IMG/VR virus record: IMGVR_UViG_3300027798_000017
Span: 1-64,000 of that record
Strand: one strand, 5' to 3'
Length of the DNA: 64,000 bases
Origin: a virus
Both the position numbers and the translations under genes were made by a program. The notes beneath the pieces are model-generated. The model had not been told where the DNA came from. It saw nothing but the letters and a program-made list of their open reading frames with translations, and did not search any database. Below, piece after piece: positions 48,658 to 58,534 of the stretch (position 1 is its first letter; the number at the start of each line of letters is the position of its first letter).

Positions 48658-49878
48658 TTATCTTGCAAAAATATTGCGTGGTTTCTTTAATGAAGGTCTT
48701 GAACTTTGAACTTCTTTTTCTTCTGTTACTGTTGAAGATAATTTTCTTGCTTCTTCAGTTTTTAATTTTTTTACAGTTTCTTGTGTTGCTTCACTACGTC
48801 CTTGTTTTCTTATCTGTTCCTTGTAATCATTTGGATCTGACAATAACCATAACGTTTCAGCGATGAGGTCATATCTAGGACTATTGCTAAATTGATACTC
48901 TTCAAGTAATCTACCCAAAAGATTTGTTGGTTTTCCTTGTAGACTTTCATATTTCAAAGTGGTCAATTCTTCCCATAAGAACTTTTGACGCTTGTTGTCT
49001 ACCTTTACACCATTCAAATCACCTGGCTTTAAAGTATTATATATGTTATCCATATACATTTCCTTTTGCTGTTGTTGTTGCAATTTAAACTGCTCTTGTT
49101 GTGCAAGTTTAGACTGTAACACTTCTGATTGCATGTCATCTAATTTTGGTTTAAATTGATTTGCGCGTTTGGCTATTGTGCCACTATTAACCCACTCTTC
49201 AATCTGATCTTCAATTAATGCTTGATCACCACTTCCAAAATTAGTAGCGTGTAAGTATTGACGTACAATCATTTCTTGATGTTCGTCATTTCCAGGATCT
49301 AATGAACGTTGTTCTTCTACTTGTGACAGTGCTCTAAACAATCCTTTCATATCCTTTCCACCTTTTGCTACATACTGAGCTGCATATTGCAACTCTTCAG
49401 GTAATGCTTCAAAGAACTCTTTTGGAGTTTGCTCACGTAAGGCTCTCTCCTTTTCATCTATATTTGCTTGGATTAATTCTCTCCAATCTTTTATAGAGTA
49501 TTCATCCATGGACTTGTCATCTTCAAAACCCATTAAGACGCCTTCTTCAATAAGTTTTGAGAATGTTTCAACCATTCCACTTTTGTCAATCTTCTTTCTA
49601 CCTACTTTGCTTGAATCATCATCCTCGCTAAATGCGCCATCTAGTTCTGACAATGCCTCATCAACTTCTTCTTTAGTTACCTTAGTGTTTTCATCATCTT
49701 TGTCAATGAAACTAAAGTCAGTTGGTTTATCATTTTTTGAAAAAACTGTTTTAGTTTCTTCTTCATCTGTTGTAACCACACTGTCTGCACCTGGTAAAGG
49801 TAAAAAGTCATCAATGTTTTCAAGTGTTACTGAATTCACCTCTTGTGGATCAGTCATTGCTTTTGTTATTTCTTCCAT
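48658..49878 (-). CDS. Acidic scaffold-like protein, 406 aa
   Basis: Highly acidic N-terminus, coiled coils, located between portal and MCP. Confidence 0.6.
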   Translation of the reverse strand: MEEITKAMTDPQEVNSVTLENIDDFLPLPGADSVVTTDEEETKTVFSKNDKPTDFSFIDKDDENTKVTKEEVDEALSELDGAFSEDDDSSKVGRKKIDKSGMVETFSKLIEEGVLMGFEDDKSMDEYSIKDWRELIQANIDEKERALREQTPKEFFEALPEELQYAAQYVAKGGKDMKGLFRALSQVEEQRSLDPGNDEHQEMIVRQYLHATNFGSGDQALIEDQIEEWVNSGTIAKRANQFKPKLDDMQSEVLQSKLAQQEQFKLQQQQQKEMYMDNIYNTLKPGDLNGVKVDNKRQKFLWEELTTLKYESLQGKPTNLLGRLLEEYQFSNSPRYDLIAETLWLLSDPNDYKEQIRKQGRSEATQETVKKLKTEEARKLSSTVTEEKEVQSSRPSLKKPRNIFAR

Positions 49879-49911
49879 ACAATTTGTTTTTTGGTTTTTT
49901 CTTCTTCTTCC

Positions 49912-49931
49912 TTCAATAATAAGTTAGCAAA
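49912..49931 (-). promoter_or_regulatory. Putative late-promoter motif TTTGCTAACTTATTATTGAA
   Basis: Upstream of scaffold/MCP; one of five similar motifs. Confidence 0.5.
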
Positions 49932-49981
49932 TAAACTTCAAAAATTTAAACTAGCAATGATGCTTAGTAAAGATTTTTGAC

Positions 49982-49996
49982 ACTATATAGCTATTA
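49982..49996. repeat. 15-bp operator-like repeat ACTATATAGCTATTA (copy 1)
   Basis: Exact second copy at 63023-63037; core palindrome ATAGCTAT. Confidence 0.55.
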
Positions 49997-49998
49997 GA

Positions 49999-52746
49999 CT
50001 ATTTTTTCTTCTTGTTTGTATCTTTAACATCATACTTATTCTTGTTTGCAAGAGCAATTTGTACTTGCTTATCTGCAATATCTCTACGTGATTGTATCTC
50101 TTGACGTTTTATATCAGCATTCATTTGAGTTTCAACCATTCTATTAGTCTCACGACTTTCATCAATTGCTTGACCTCTATCTCTTTCTCTACGTTTGTCA
50201 AGATATTCAAGCGTATCAATGTAGTCAGTTTGCTGATTAAGATTCTGATCTTTCATACCAGTAAATCCTGCTGCACGTATTTCAGCAACTTGAATTTCTG
50301 TATCTCTATCAAGTTGTGCTTGTTCTGCTTTGTACTGAAGTTCAGCATCTTGACGTTTGTTTTCACCATCTTGACGCATTTGTTCAGATTGTTGTTGAGA
50401 CTGCATTTGTTGTTGTTGTTGACCTTGAACTTTCTCTTCAACCGCTTTAAGAGTATGTGTTATTTCTGCAAGTGAATCAGCTTTAATCAAATTACCTAAA
50501 TCATAAATAGATGCTCCAGATGTATTATTCTGTATAGCCAACTGACGTATCTGCTCCATTATCTGACGTTGATTGACTTTGGTAGAGATAAAGATATTTA
50601 ACTCTCTTGCCAAAAGTTCTGTACCATTCATCTCAAAATTTACTTTCTCATCCATAGTTGTCATATACTGAAGTCTAAGACTTGGTCTGGTTGAGTGGTA
50701 ATACTGAGCTAAGTCAGTACGCATTTGATGTACACGTGGCATTAAGTATTCTGAATGTTGTACAAAATACATCTCAGTCTGAGAATAACTTTGATTAATA
50801 GCTTGTTCTATACCTTGCGCTGTTTCTTGTGCATTTACAGCACCCATACGCTGAGGTGATAAACCAATAGTTTCAAAACACTGTTGTTTAAAATGATTAG
50901 CAAGTTGTATCCTTGACATTAATCTATTTGTTTGCTCTAGGTTAAGTACTTGATAATGATTAAAGTTCAATGCATTTTCAGTATTTGTAATTGATGTATC
51001 AAGAGGTAATATACCAAAGTTCTTCATAGCAACATACGCTTTACCAAAATTACCATGTCCCCAATCTTCACCAGCAGAGTGACGTGGCAATGCGTTTTGA
51101 TCCAACATAATAACAGTACCTAATTCATCAATTAAGATATCAGCTATTTGGTTATTTACAAGATTATATCCAACTTGATATGGTTTCATTTTGTCAACCA
51201 TAGAACGTGACTTAGTGTTTCTATCTGAGAATATAGCACCTTCTACTGGTAACTTACAACCATACAATGTAAAATCTCCTTTGAATTGGAATTTTACTGG
51301 TGCTACGTTTAAGTAGATAGGAGAAAAGTTAAGGTTGTCTGTGTTACCATAGAACGTTGGTCTATTAGGACCAATCTTTACACCACCCCATGTTTGGTTA
51401 ATCCATATCCAATCTATATGCTCGCCAAAGACAAGTGTGTCACGTGACTTTTGCTTAATAACCTTTGTGTCATAAACTGGCTTCTCAGTAACTTTATAAT
51501 TCTCATCAATAATTAAATCCACAAGCATACCTGTTTCATCAATTCTAGTCATATGACCAACCATTCTCTGAGACTTCCAATAACATGTTGTAACACGTAG
51601 TAGACCAGTATTATCAAAATCCATTAAGTCTTCAGACTCTGCAAGAATTCTAAGAATTATATCATCACCAGTACTATTAACAGTATCGCGATAAGAAGTA
51701 AACTGACGCATTCCCAATGATGGACCATCAACATTCCACTCATGTGAGCGCGTGGCATCGTAGAATGAACCATCATTTTGTACACCTGGTAAAATGTAAC
51801 CTGCAGATTTTACAGGATAAATAGCCTCAAGGCTCTTTAACTGTTCTCCTGACATAGCATATCCATATTTATCAATTACGTCTGCTGGTGTCATTAAATC
51901 AACCTTACCTGCAAAATTAGATTGTGATATGTATCTAGCTCCTGGAGATTTATGATAGAATGTTATAACTGGATTCCATACTTCAAGTTCATAGTCATCT
52001 TCAAGCATATTAAAATGCCAAAATTCTCTATCTGCAACAAGACTATCTCTAAATCCAACAGTTTCAAGCTCTTTAAGATTAAAGCGTTCTGTATCAACAT
52101 TATGCTGATGTCCTGCCCATTCTTCTATTAATGATTTATAGTTCTTCTTAAAAAATTCTTCTATTTCTGGTAATGTTTTTATAGCTTCTGGTGACATCAT
52201 TTGCTGAGCTTGTTGTGCTTGCTCTTCATTGTTCATGTCAAGTCCCATTTCCTGAACTTTTGCTTGCATCTTTCCCTCTGCTGCAGACAATAAAGTTTGT
52301 TCAAGCATTGCACGTTTTTCCTCAAGCATCTCATTGTATGATGCATCGTCTACAGATTTGTACATGATTTTATCATTGCGCTTTGCAAACTCACCAACCA
52401 TTACATTTATAACGTTTGGTATAATTGGAAAAAACTTTAACTCAAATGCAGACACATCTTCTTTTGTCAGAACATCAATAAGTTCTGCCATGTCATTATC
52501 TTCTTCAACAATATAGTCTGTCTTGTCAATAATACCATTGGCCAATTTGTAGTTCTTTAGCAAACGTCTAGCATTTCTGCGTATTTGCTTTAGACCTTGC
52601 ATCTCAAACCAATCCATATTCCAAGCACCCCATGCTTCGTCTTTTTCTGATGTTCTTAAAAATTGTACAGGTTGAGTAAATGTACCCATTCTGTTACTTT
52701 CAACTTTGGCGCCATTCTTAAGTTGCAGTGCGTTAAATACTTGCAT
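49999..52746 (-). CDS. Portal protein (crAss-like), 915 aa
   Basis: Directly follows TerL; FFPIIPNVINVMVGE, WIWINQTWGGVKIG, SMVDKMKPYQ and GLSPQRMG motifs. Confidence 0.85.
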   Translation of the reverse strand: MQVFNALQLKNGAKVESNRMGTFTQPVQFLRTSEKDEAWGAWNMDWFEMQGLKQIRRNARRLLKNYKLANGIIDKTDYIVEEDNDMAELIDVLTKEDVSAFELKFFPIIPNVINVMVGEFAKRNDKIMYKSVDDASYNEMLEEKRAMLEQTLLSAAEGKMQAKVQEMGLDMNNEEQAQQAQQMMSPEAIKTLPEIEEFFKKNYKSLIEEWAGHQHNVDTERFNLKELETVGFRDSLVADREFWHFNMLEDDYELEVWNPVITFYHKSPGARYISQSNFAGKVDLMTPADVIDKYGYAMSGEQLKSLEAIYPVKSAGYILPGVQNDGSFYDATRSHEWNVDGPSLGMRQFTSYRDTVNSTGDDIILRILAESEDLMDFDNTGLLRVTTCYWKSQRMVGHMTRIDETGMLVDLIIDENYKVTEKPVYDTKVIKQKSRDTLVFGEHIDWIWINQTWGGVKIGPNRPTFYGNTDNLNFSPIYLNVAPVKFQFKGDFTLYGCKLPVEGAIFSDRNTKSRSMVDKMKPYQVGYNLVNNQIADILIDELGTVIMLDQNALPRHSAGEDWGHGNFGKAYVAMKNFGILPLDTSITNTENALNFNHYQVLNLEQTNRLMSRIQLANHFKQQCFETIGLSPQRMGAVNAQETAQGIEQAINQSYSQTEMYFVQHSEYLMPRVHQMRTDLAQYYHSTRPSLRLQYMTTMDEKVNFEMNGTELLARELNIFISTKVNQRQIMEQIRQLAIQNNTSGASIYDLGNLIKADSLAEITHTLKAVEEKVQGQQQQQMQSQQQSEQMRQDGENKRQDAELQYKAEQAQLDRDTEIQVAEIRAAGFTGMKDQNLNQQTDYIDTLEYLDKRRERDRGQAIDESRETNRMVETQMNADIKRQEIQSRRDIADKQVQIALANKNKYDVKDTNKKKK

Positions 52747-52747
52747 A

Positions 52748-54952
52748 TTATCTCATGTTTTTAAATGGATTCCTAGGTTTCCTCATAAGTGCTGATTCTG
52801 CAGTATTTGTAGAATTGCCAATATGACGAAATGGACTCACTAATAAGTTACTATTTTTATTTGGGTTTTGCAAATGATCAGTGTTTTCATGCTCTGTGCG
52901 TTTTCCAAATCCTTTATTTGATTCTTGTACTTGTGCAAATGCGACTAACGCACAGAATGCTACCAAACGGTCAACGTTAAGTCCATCTCTGTATGCTTGC
53001 ATTTCTTTTAACAACATTAAATCAGGTATCCTTTCTACACCATATGTAACCTTTGTTATTGTTCCATCTGGTTTTGTTTCTGTATCAATCTCTTCTTCAA
53101 GAAATTGTATTGCATAAGATACAAGATTTGACTTAAACATTGTACCTGTATTTTTCCAACCATACTCTTGAAACACATTGTTATTACTACCCAGTTCTTT
53201 CAAGAACATGATTTGATTTTTAGGCACAAGGTATTTCTGTTTGCGTTTTGAAATCATGTATTGTATAAACAAATGAACGTTATTTTCAACAATGGTCCAC
53301 GCATTATAATACTGTATGATTAACTCAAGACGTTCATGTGTCTTCTTTAAGTCATCAAACCTACCACACCATGCAGCTACAATTTTATCACGTTCCATTC
53401 TTATCTCTACTGTTCCATCTTTTTTATGCACTTTTACTTCTTGTGAAGTTTTGTAAACAAAGATAGAACATAAAGATTCAGATGTAGTTGTTTTACCCTC
53501 TGACACAGGGTCAATAGATGCATAGTATGTTCCAAACTTAGGATTCTCAATTGGCTTCTCATAGATTATTATTGCACCTTCTTTATTCTCTGTTTTTGGA
53601 GAGATTGGAAATTCCATGATTGGAAGCTTACGCGTGAACTGTTGTATAATCTTATCATCTTCCCATATCAAATCAACATATTCTGTAGGATATTGTTTTT
53701 CCTCTATGCGTCTAATTTGCTGTGCTACAAGATGTTCTGGAAACCTTGCATCTTTTCTATAATCAAAAGCCTCTTTAATGTTAATAGGTTTCTGAGAAAT
53801 ACGCAATCTATAATCTTCAGGTTTAACTTTTTTCTTCCAGTCTTCACGCTCAAGCAGAATCATCTCTAATGCTTTCTCTACTTGTGAATTTCCATACTCA
53901 TCTATACATGGAAGCATTGACCATTGTTCTGGTATAAACAATCCACAAAATCCTCTAGTGCCTTTATCATCAAGCAGATCTGTTGCTACTGCAAGAACAT
54001 CTTTTGAGTCAGGGTTAAGTATTAATTCTTTTAAAGGTTCACATTGATCTAAATCACCTACAGAACCTGCCACTACAAACATACCTGTATACATCATACC
54101 AGATTTCATGGCTGGTAAAAGGTACTCTAAAGTAATGTTCATCTTTGGGGCAATTCCTGCTTCCTCATGAAAGAATAAAGTACATGGACCACCTACACCA
54201 TTTGTAGGATCTTTTTCAAGAACCAATCCAAATATAACTGACTTCAAACCAATATCCACCTTTCTACCTCCCTGTGTGGTTTCAGCTTTCTGTTCCCAGT
54301 TAAGAACCTTGTCTGGATTACATGGACGATACCATGCAGTATGTTTATTTAAAAAGTTACGATACTCTTCAAGAAAACGCCATGTACCTTTTTCATTGAT
54401 GTAATCTTTTAATGATCCTGCCATTTTGGATACAGAACCCTCTTCAAAATAAAACAGATTTGCAATCTTTCCTGAATGAAAATAAGAAGAAGCAATTTGA
54501 CGTTTCTTAAGAATAGCAGCATGTTTATTTTTTAACTTTGCTAACTCTTCATATAATGCCATGTGATACTGTGCATCACGCACATCAGCAAAAGTAAACT
54601 TATTTACTTCTTTATTATAGATTGGTAAAAAGTTTAACCACATATAGTAATCACGTGGTAAATACCAAGTCTTACTATTGTGTTTATATATTACTCCATT
54701 TCTGCATTTATTCTTTTCTGTATTCCAATATTCTACAAAGTCTTTTGAACGTTCTGGTGCAATACAATAAACTCTATCTTTATTAAACTTTCTACCTTCT
54801 GCATTAAAATTTACAGAGCATTCATCAAATTCATATTTGCCAGGTTCTTTAAATATGCTTTCAACATAATCAGCAAGATCTTCTTGTGTCTCAAAAGAAG
54901 TGTAACTCCACTCTTTAAGATTGCAATCGTATGTGGGTATCTCTCTATACAT
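52748..54952 (-). CDS. terL: Terminase large subunit
   Basis: LKKRQIASSY (Walker A region), FFHEEAG (Walker B), SIDPV...NVDRLVA nuclease. Likely start is MYREIP at 54952; the track start is 54973. Confidence 0.9.
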   Translation of the reverse strand: MYREIPTYDCNLKEWSYTSFETQEDLADYVESIFKEPGKYEFDECSVNFNAEGRKFNKDRVYCIAPERSKDFVEYWNTEKNKCRNGVIYKHNSKTWYLPRDYYMWLNFLPIYNKEVNKFTFADVRDAQYHMALYEELAKLKNKHAAILKKRQIASSYFHSGKIANLFYFEEGSVSKMAGSLKDYINEKGTWRFLEEYRNFLNKHTAWYRPCNPDKVLNWEQKAETTQGGRKVDIGLKSVIFGLVLEKDPTNGVGGPCTLFFHEEAGIAPKMNITLEYLLPAMKSGMMYTGMFVVAGSVGDLDQCEPLKELILNPDSKDVLAVATDLLDDKGTRGFCGLFIPEQWSMLPCIDEYGNSQVEKALEMILLEREDWKKKVKPEDYRLRISQKPINIKEAFDYRKDARFPEHLVAQQIRRIEEKQYPTEYVDLIWEDDKIIQQFTRKLPIMEFPISPKTENKEGAIIIYEKPIENPKFGTYYASIDPVSEGKTTTSESLCSIFVYKTSQEVKVHKKDGTVEIRMERDKIVAAWCGRFDDLKKTHERLELIIQYYNAWTIVENNVHLFIQYMISKRKQKYLVPKNQIMFLKELGSNNNVFQEYGWKNTGTMFKSNLVSYAIQFLEEEIDTETKPDGTITKVTYGVERIPDLMLLKEMQAYRDGLNVDRLVAFCALVAFAQVQESNKGFGKRTEHENTDHLQNPNKNSNLLVSPFRHIGNSTNTAESALMRKPRNPFKNMR

Positions 54953-54953
54953 C

Positions 54954-55148
54954 TTAAAATTTTGGTCTATCAACCAATAAAGTTACTGTTCTTCTGTCAG
55001 AAAAGTTCCAAGAAACATTTTTAACTACATAATTTTCTTTTCCAAGTTCTATCCAGTCGCCTTTTGAGGGCACACATGGTAAGTCTCTTTGTATTAACAG
55101 TCCTTCTGTTATGTGTTCTACTTTTACAAAAAACATAAATTGTTCCAT
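54954..55148 (-). CDS. Small hypothetical protein, 64 aa
   Basis: MEQFMFF...VPSKGDWIEL fills the gap without overlap; the longer track ORF overlaps the 171-aa gene. Confidence 0.55.
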   Translation of the reverse strand: MEQFMFFVKVEHITEGLLIQRDLPCVPSKGDWIELGKENYVVKNVSWNFSDRRTVTLLVDRPKF

Positions 55149-55152
55149 GGTT

Positions 55153-55668
55153 TTAGAATTGATCGTATGCAAGATTTTGTCCTCCTCTGACTGTGCTTTT
55201 TTGCTCTTCCATGAGGTCTTTATATGCTCCTTTATACGAGCCACGTATCTGTTCAAACTTTGCAGCTGCATTGACCAGCGGTGTGATATTACCATCACGA
55301 CCATGGTGTATTGGGGTATGTTCCATGTATGTAGCAAGGCGATCCAACATAGATTTGATACCCATGTAAGCCCTGTACGAAGGTGTTTCATACAACTTTT
55401 TGCAGAATTCCAAAGCAATAAAAATATCCTCATCTTCAGTAGAAAATTCTGCTTGAAGTTGTGTAAGTATAAGTTCTTCTTTTTCATGTGTACGTACATC
55501 AAAAAATGGATTGACATCAGGATTAGGACAAGTCATGTAGAACAAATACTGATAGATTTTTAAAAAATCATCAGGATACTTATCCATTATGTCTTTTAAA
55601 GCCTTGAGTGAATAACAGTGTTCTGTTGGTACTATTACACTATTTTGTATATCAAATAATTTAATCAT
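55153..55668 (-). CDS. Conserved pre-terminase protein, putative terminase small subunit, 171 aa
   Basis: Helical, ends VRGGQNLAYDQF, lies just upstream of TerL. Confidence 0.55.
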   Translation of the reverse strand: MIKLFDIQNSVIVPTEHCYSLKALKDIMDKYPDDFLKIYQYLFYMTCPNPDVNPFFDVRTHEKEELILTQLQAEFSTEDEDIFIALEFCKKLYETPSYRAYMGIKSMLDRLATYMEHTPIHHGRDGNITPLVNAAAKFEQIRGSYKGAYKDLMEEQKSTVRGGQNLAYDQF

Positions 55669-56513
55669 TATTTTTTATTTTTTGAGAAATTTAATATCTC
55701 ATTTTTGTTATTTTTCAGCCATTCAAATAATGCAACAATTTCTTCTTTTAAATAGGGAAGTTCATAGGGTATTACTTCTTTGACAATTGGATCTCCTTGT
55801 GCAGTGCGACTGACAATTGGATAACCATATTCATCTTCTCCTTCTACTTCAAACACAACATGATGCAAGATCAAACTGCCTGGTTGTAGTTTTGGATTAT
55901 GTTTTTGAATCATATACATATATGCAGAAAGTTGTAATGCATAGTGAAAGTAGTTACAATCATCTAGATGTGAAAGAGGTTGATTTAATTTTTGAGAAAT
56001 TCCTTCCCAATTTACAAATGATTTTAGCTTAATCTCTTTGTTTGTCTTGTAATCAGTGATGTGTATTTTACCATGTGCAATTTCAACTAAGTCTGATTGA
56101 CCACAAACACCAACAGATCTAACATACACAAGATGCTCAGGATAAATACCAACAAGTAGCTTTTGCGAAGATGCTATTTTATATCCTTTATCATTTAGCA
56201 TTGGTCTAATAACTTGAAGATTAGAATTATGGCGATTGATAGTATCACATGATACTATGTCATGTTCACGTTGATCATGATACCATGTTCCTAAATCTGT
56301 TGCACGCTTGGCTTCAGCTTTCCATATTTCTTGTATTTTATCTGGTGGGATACCTTGCCACTTCTTGCTACTTTTAGAACTTTTTTTTGATATTGATTTT
56401 GCGTCAAAAGGTTGCTTGAAAAAACTTATTAAGGTTGTGACACTTATCCAGTTTGTTTTATCATTAGGATCAAGTGAAGTATATTTATGATGCTCTGGTT
56501 CAAATGTTAACAT
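55668..56513 (-). CDS. PD-(D/E)XK (RecB/Cas4-like) nuclease, 281 aa
   Basis: GTWYH...E...CGQSDLV...ITDYKT...YALQLSAY. Confidence 0.85.
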   Translation of the reverse strand: MLTFEPEHHKYTSLDPNDKTNWISVTTLISFFKQPFDAKSISKKSSKSSKKWQGIPPDKIQEIWKAEAKRATDLGTWYHDQREHDIVSCDTINRHNSNLQVIRPMLNDKGYKIASSQKLLVGIYPEHLVYVRSVGVCGQSDLVEIAHGKIHITDYKTNKEIKLKSFVNWEGISQKLNQPLSHLDDCNYFHYALQLSAYMYMIQKHNPKLQPGSLILHHVVFEVEGEDEYGYPIVSRTAQGDPIVKEVIPYELPYLKEEIVALFEWLKNNKNEILNFSKNKK

Positions 56514-56515
56514 AC

Positions 56516-56821
56516 TTAATCTTTTATACTGTTAATAATAGCTTCTTCTTCTTCTTCTGAAGTGACAGCATCCCATTTTCCTTTTGGACATTCTGATGAT
56601 AAAGATCGTGTTTTAAATGATAATTTGCAACCACAATCCCCACAGCATGGCTGCGTGCCAGGCATGTAGCATTTAGAACCTTCCTTATCAATAAAAAAAC
56701 AATCCTCACATATAAGCATTCTTGATCTAGCAATTTCTTCAATATGCTCTTGCTTGAAGATGCTGTTTTTCACGCCTTCAAATATCTTTCCTTTTTGTTT
56801 CCACAGGTTTATTAGACTCAT
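56516..56821 (-). CDS. Small Cys-rich metal-binding protein, ~101 aa
   Basis: RxxICxxC...CxxCGC...KTR...CPKGKW; likely start MSLINL. Confidence 0.65.
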   Translation of the reverse strand: MSLINLWKQKGKIFEGVKNSIFKQEHIEEIARSRMLICEDCFFIDKEGSKCYMPGTQPCCGDCGCKLSFKTRSLSSECPKGKWDAVTSEEEEEAIINSIKD

Positions 56822-57206
56822 AATTTTTAAGTTTATAAATTTGTTTTTCGTTGTTCTTTGTAATCTTTTTATCATCCATTTCATCAAGCATTTCAATCAT
56901 ACTTTTAAATTTCAAGATGTCTTCTTTTAGTTCTTTGATTGATTTGAATTGTGATAGATTTGGTTCAATAATATCTTCCAATTTTGCAAGTGCTTTTTCA
57001 TATATCATTAACTTGTTTTCTAACTTGTTACGTTTAATAAAAAAAGTACCCAGAAATCCTACAGAAATTTGTGGATAAGCTAAATTACTAAGTTGTCTTT
57101 GAATAGAATTATAATAACATGATATTATTTCATCAACTGTCTCAACAGATAAATTTAACTTTTCTGCAACTTTTTCAGAAATCTGTTTACGTTTAACTGG
57201 TCGCAA
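56778..57206 (-). CDS. IHF/HU-like protein, 142 aa
   Basis: ISEKVAEKLNLS...V..II...ISVGFLGTF is the HU/IHF N-terminal signature. Confidence 0.65.
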   Translation of the reverse strand: MRPVKRKQISEKVAEKLNLSVETVDEIISCYYNSIQRQLSNLAYPQISVGFLGTFFIKRNKLENKLMIYEKALAKLEDIIEPNLSQFKSIKELKEDILKFKSMIEMLDEMDDKKITKNNEKQIYKLKNYESNKPVETKRKDI

Positions 57207-57582
57207 GTGCTAGAAATTTGTAGTCCAACATTACATTACCAGACTTTAAAACAGGAACTGACATAGCAATTTCTATTGTCTTTTTATATGCCTCAGATTT
57301 GCGTATCATACCACGTTTCTCAAGTTTAGTTAACTTATTACGTATGTTCTGCGCCCTTACTCCAAATTCTTCTGGGTTTATTTCAGGATATGTTTTCTTA
57401 ACCACAGTGTTACAAAACTTAGTTAAATCAATAGGTCCTTCAAGTGCCAAAAGCGTAAGTAGTTCCAGATCAGTGTCAATAAGATTCTCTTTCTTAAAGA
57501 ACACAAACTCAGTTATGACCTGATATTTAACCAGGTCATAATGAGTCAATCTGTACTTTTTTTCAACTTTACTTACTTCCAT
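57193..57582 (-). CDS. Winged-helix DNA-binding protein, ~129 aa
   Basis: DLELLTLL...QNIRNKLTKLEKRGMI wHTH pattern; likely start MEVSK. Confidence 0.55.
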   Translation of the reverse strand: MEVSKVEKKYRLTHYDLVKYQVITEFVFFKKENLIDTDLELLTLLALEGPIDLTKFCNTVVKKTYPEINPEEFGVRAQNIRNKLTKLEKRGMIRKSEAYKKTIEIAMSVPVLKSGNVMLDYKFLALATS

Positions 57583-57919
57583 CTTCTGTAAAAGTAAGCA
57601 CCTTAACAACATTCATCTGCGCATTGATAATCTCACCAAGAGCATGGTTCATCAAAAATTCTTTGTTTGTGGTCAAGCTTCCATCATGCATGCAATTCTC
57701 GCGATGCTTTTCAATTACATCAATCAAGTACGCACACGCGCGTTTTACTGTGTCAACATCATTATCTCTAGATGGATTAAAATTAATGCCAACCAACTTC
57801 TCTCCACGACTCTCTGTGGAAACTTTTGACATGTCTATTAGTTGTTCATCAACAATTGTTGGTTGTTCTAATGTTGGTTTTTCATTAATTGTTTCTAGGT
57901 TTTTTTCTTCTGTATTCAT
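57569..57919 (-). CDS. Acb2/Tad1-like helical-hairpin protein (candidate immune-signal sponge), 116 aa
   Basis: GEKLVGINFNPS...VKRACAYLID...ALGEIINAQMNVVK pattern. Confidence 0.5.
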   Translation of the reverse strand: MNTEEKNLETINEKPTLEQPTIVDEQLIDMSKVSTESRGEKLVGINFNPSRDNDVDTVKRACAYLIDVIEKHRENCMHDGSLTTNKEFLMNHALGEIINAQMNVVKVLTFTEDGSK

Positions 57920-57937
57920 CTTATTTGATTTTTAAGT

Positions 57938-58213
57938 TTACCATACAATTGCAATGTCAAATTCTGCAATCATCATTTTTGTATCACCATCCACAGGTAT
58001 ACGTTCTGCATTCTGTAAAGCAGAAGAAGGTACATAAACCTTGTCACCTGATTTTACAGTTTCCACATCTTCTCCTGTTTCAAAGACTTCAAGTGCTATC
58101 CACTTATCTATCATCTTCATTTCTAACTCACGCTCTGTCTCTGGAGTCAACTCAATAATTGACTCTGGTCTTTTTGGTACGTTTAATAAAACGCGTCTTC
58201 CTACTAACTTCAT
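57938..58213 (-). CDS. groES: GroES-like co-chaperonin, 91 aa
   Basis: LVGRRVLL...V..TGEDVETVKSGDKVYV...MIAEFDIAIV. Confidence 0.75.
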   Translation of the reverse strand: MKLVGRRVLLNVPKRPESIIELTPETERELEMKMIDKWIALEVFETGEDVETVKSGDKVYVPSSALQNAERIPVDGDTKMMIAEFDIAIVW

Positions 58214-58224
58214 ACTTTAAACTT

Positions 58225-58452
58225 TTAAGATTTAATATTTTCTGGTGATTCATCTTCTTCTTCAGCAATGTTCTCACTAGCTGTTTTAATGTTAGCAATC
58301 ATCACCATGTGTTGCAAACGTTGTGACTCATAACCTGTCGCACGTGCTTGTTGCTCTGCAAGATCAGCACGCAACGTTGCCAATTCAAGTTGGTCTTTGT
58401 ACCAAGCTACTACATCTTCGCGTGATACATCTTTTGTTTCTTCTTCTACCAT
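58225..58452 (-). CDS. Small coiled-coil hypothetical protein, 75 aa
   Basis: First ORF of the minus-strand operon, downstream of a TAnnTTTG element. Confidence 0.6.
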   Translation of the reverse strand: MVEEETKDVSREDVVAWYKDQLELATLRADLAEQQARATGYESQRLQHMVMIANIKTASENIAEEEDESPENIKS

Positions 58453-58474
58453 AAAAATTTTATTAAAGTTTTGA

Positions 58475-58520
58475 CAAATATACTTAAAAGTTTAAACTAA
58501 ACAAATTTATATTATCTTTA
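58475..58520. promoter_or_regulatory. Divergent promoter region: TATATTTG (minus, 58475-58482), palindrome AGTTTAAACT (58489-58498), TATCTTTA (plus)
   Basis: Bacteroidota -7-like elements on both strands flanking a perfect 10-bp palindrome. Confidence 0.5.
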
Positions 58521-58534
58521 TCAAAACTATTAAT

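Noticed and set aside
52748-54973. Intein or group I intron in terminase, portal or MCP
   Set aside because: The ORFs are continuous, of plausible length, and show no splicing or homing-endonuclease motifs.
55668-56513. Cas4/CRISPR system
   Set aside because: No repeat-spacer array or other cas genes were seen, and the nuclease lacks the Cas4 Fe-S cysteine cluster.
722-58158. Numerous plus-strand and nested short ORFs in the ORF track (e.g. 2875-3474, 42607-42990, 49508-49927)
   Set aside because: They are antisense or out-of-frame shadows of long minus-strand genes, with Ser/Leu/Phe-rich composition and no supporting signals.
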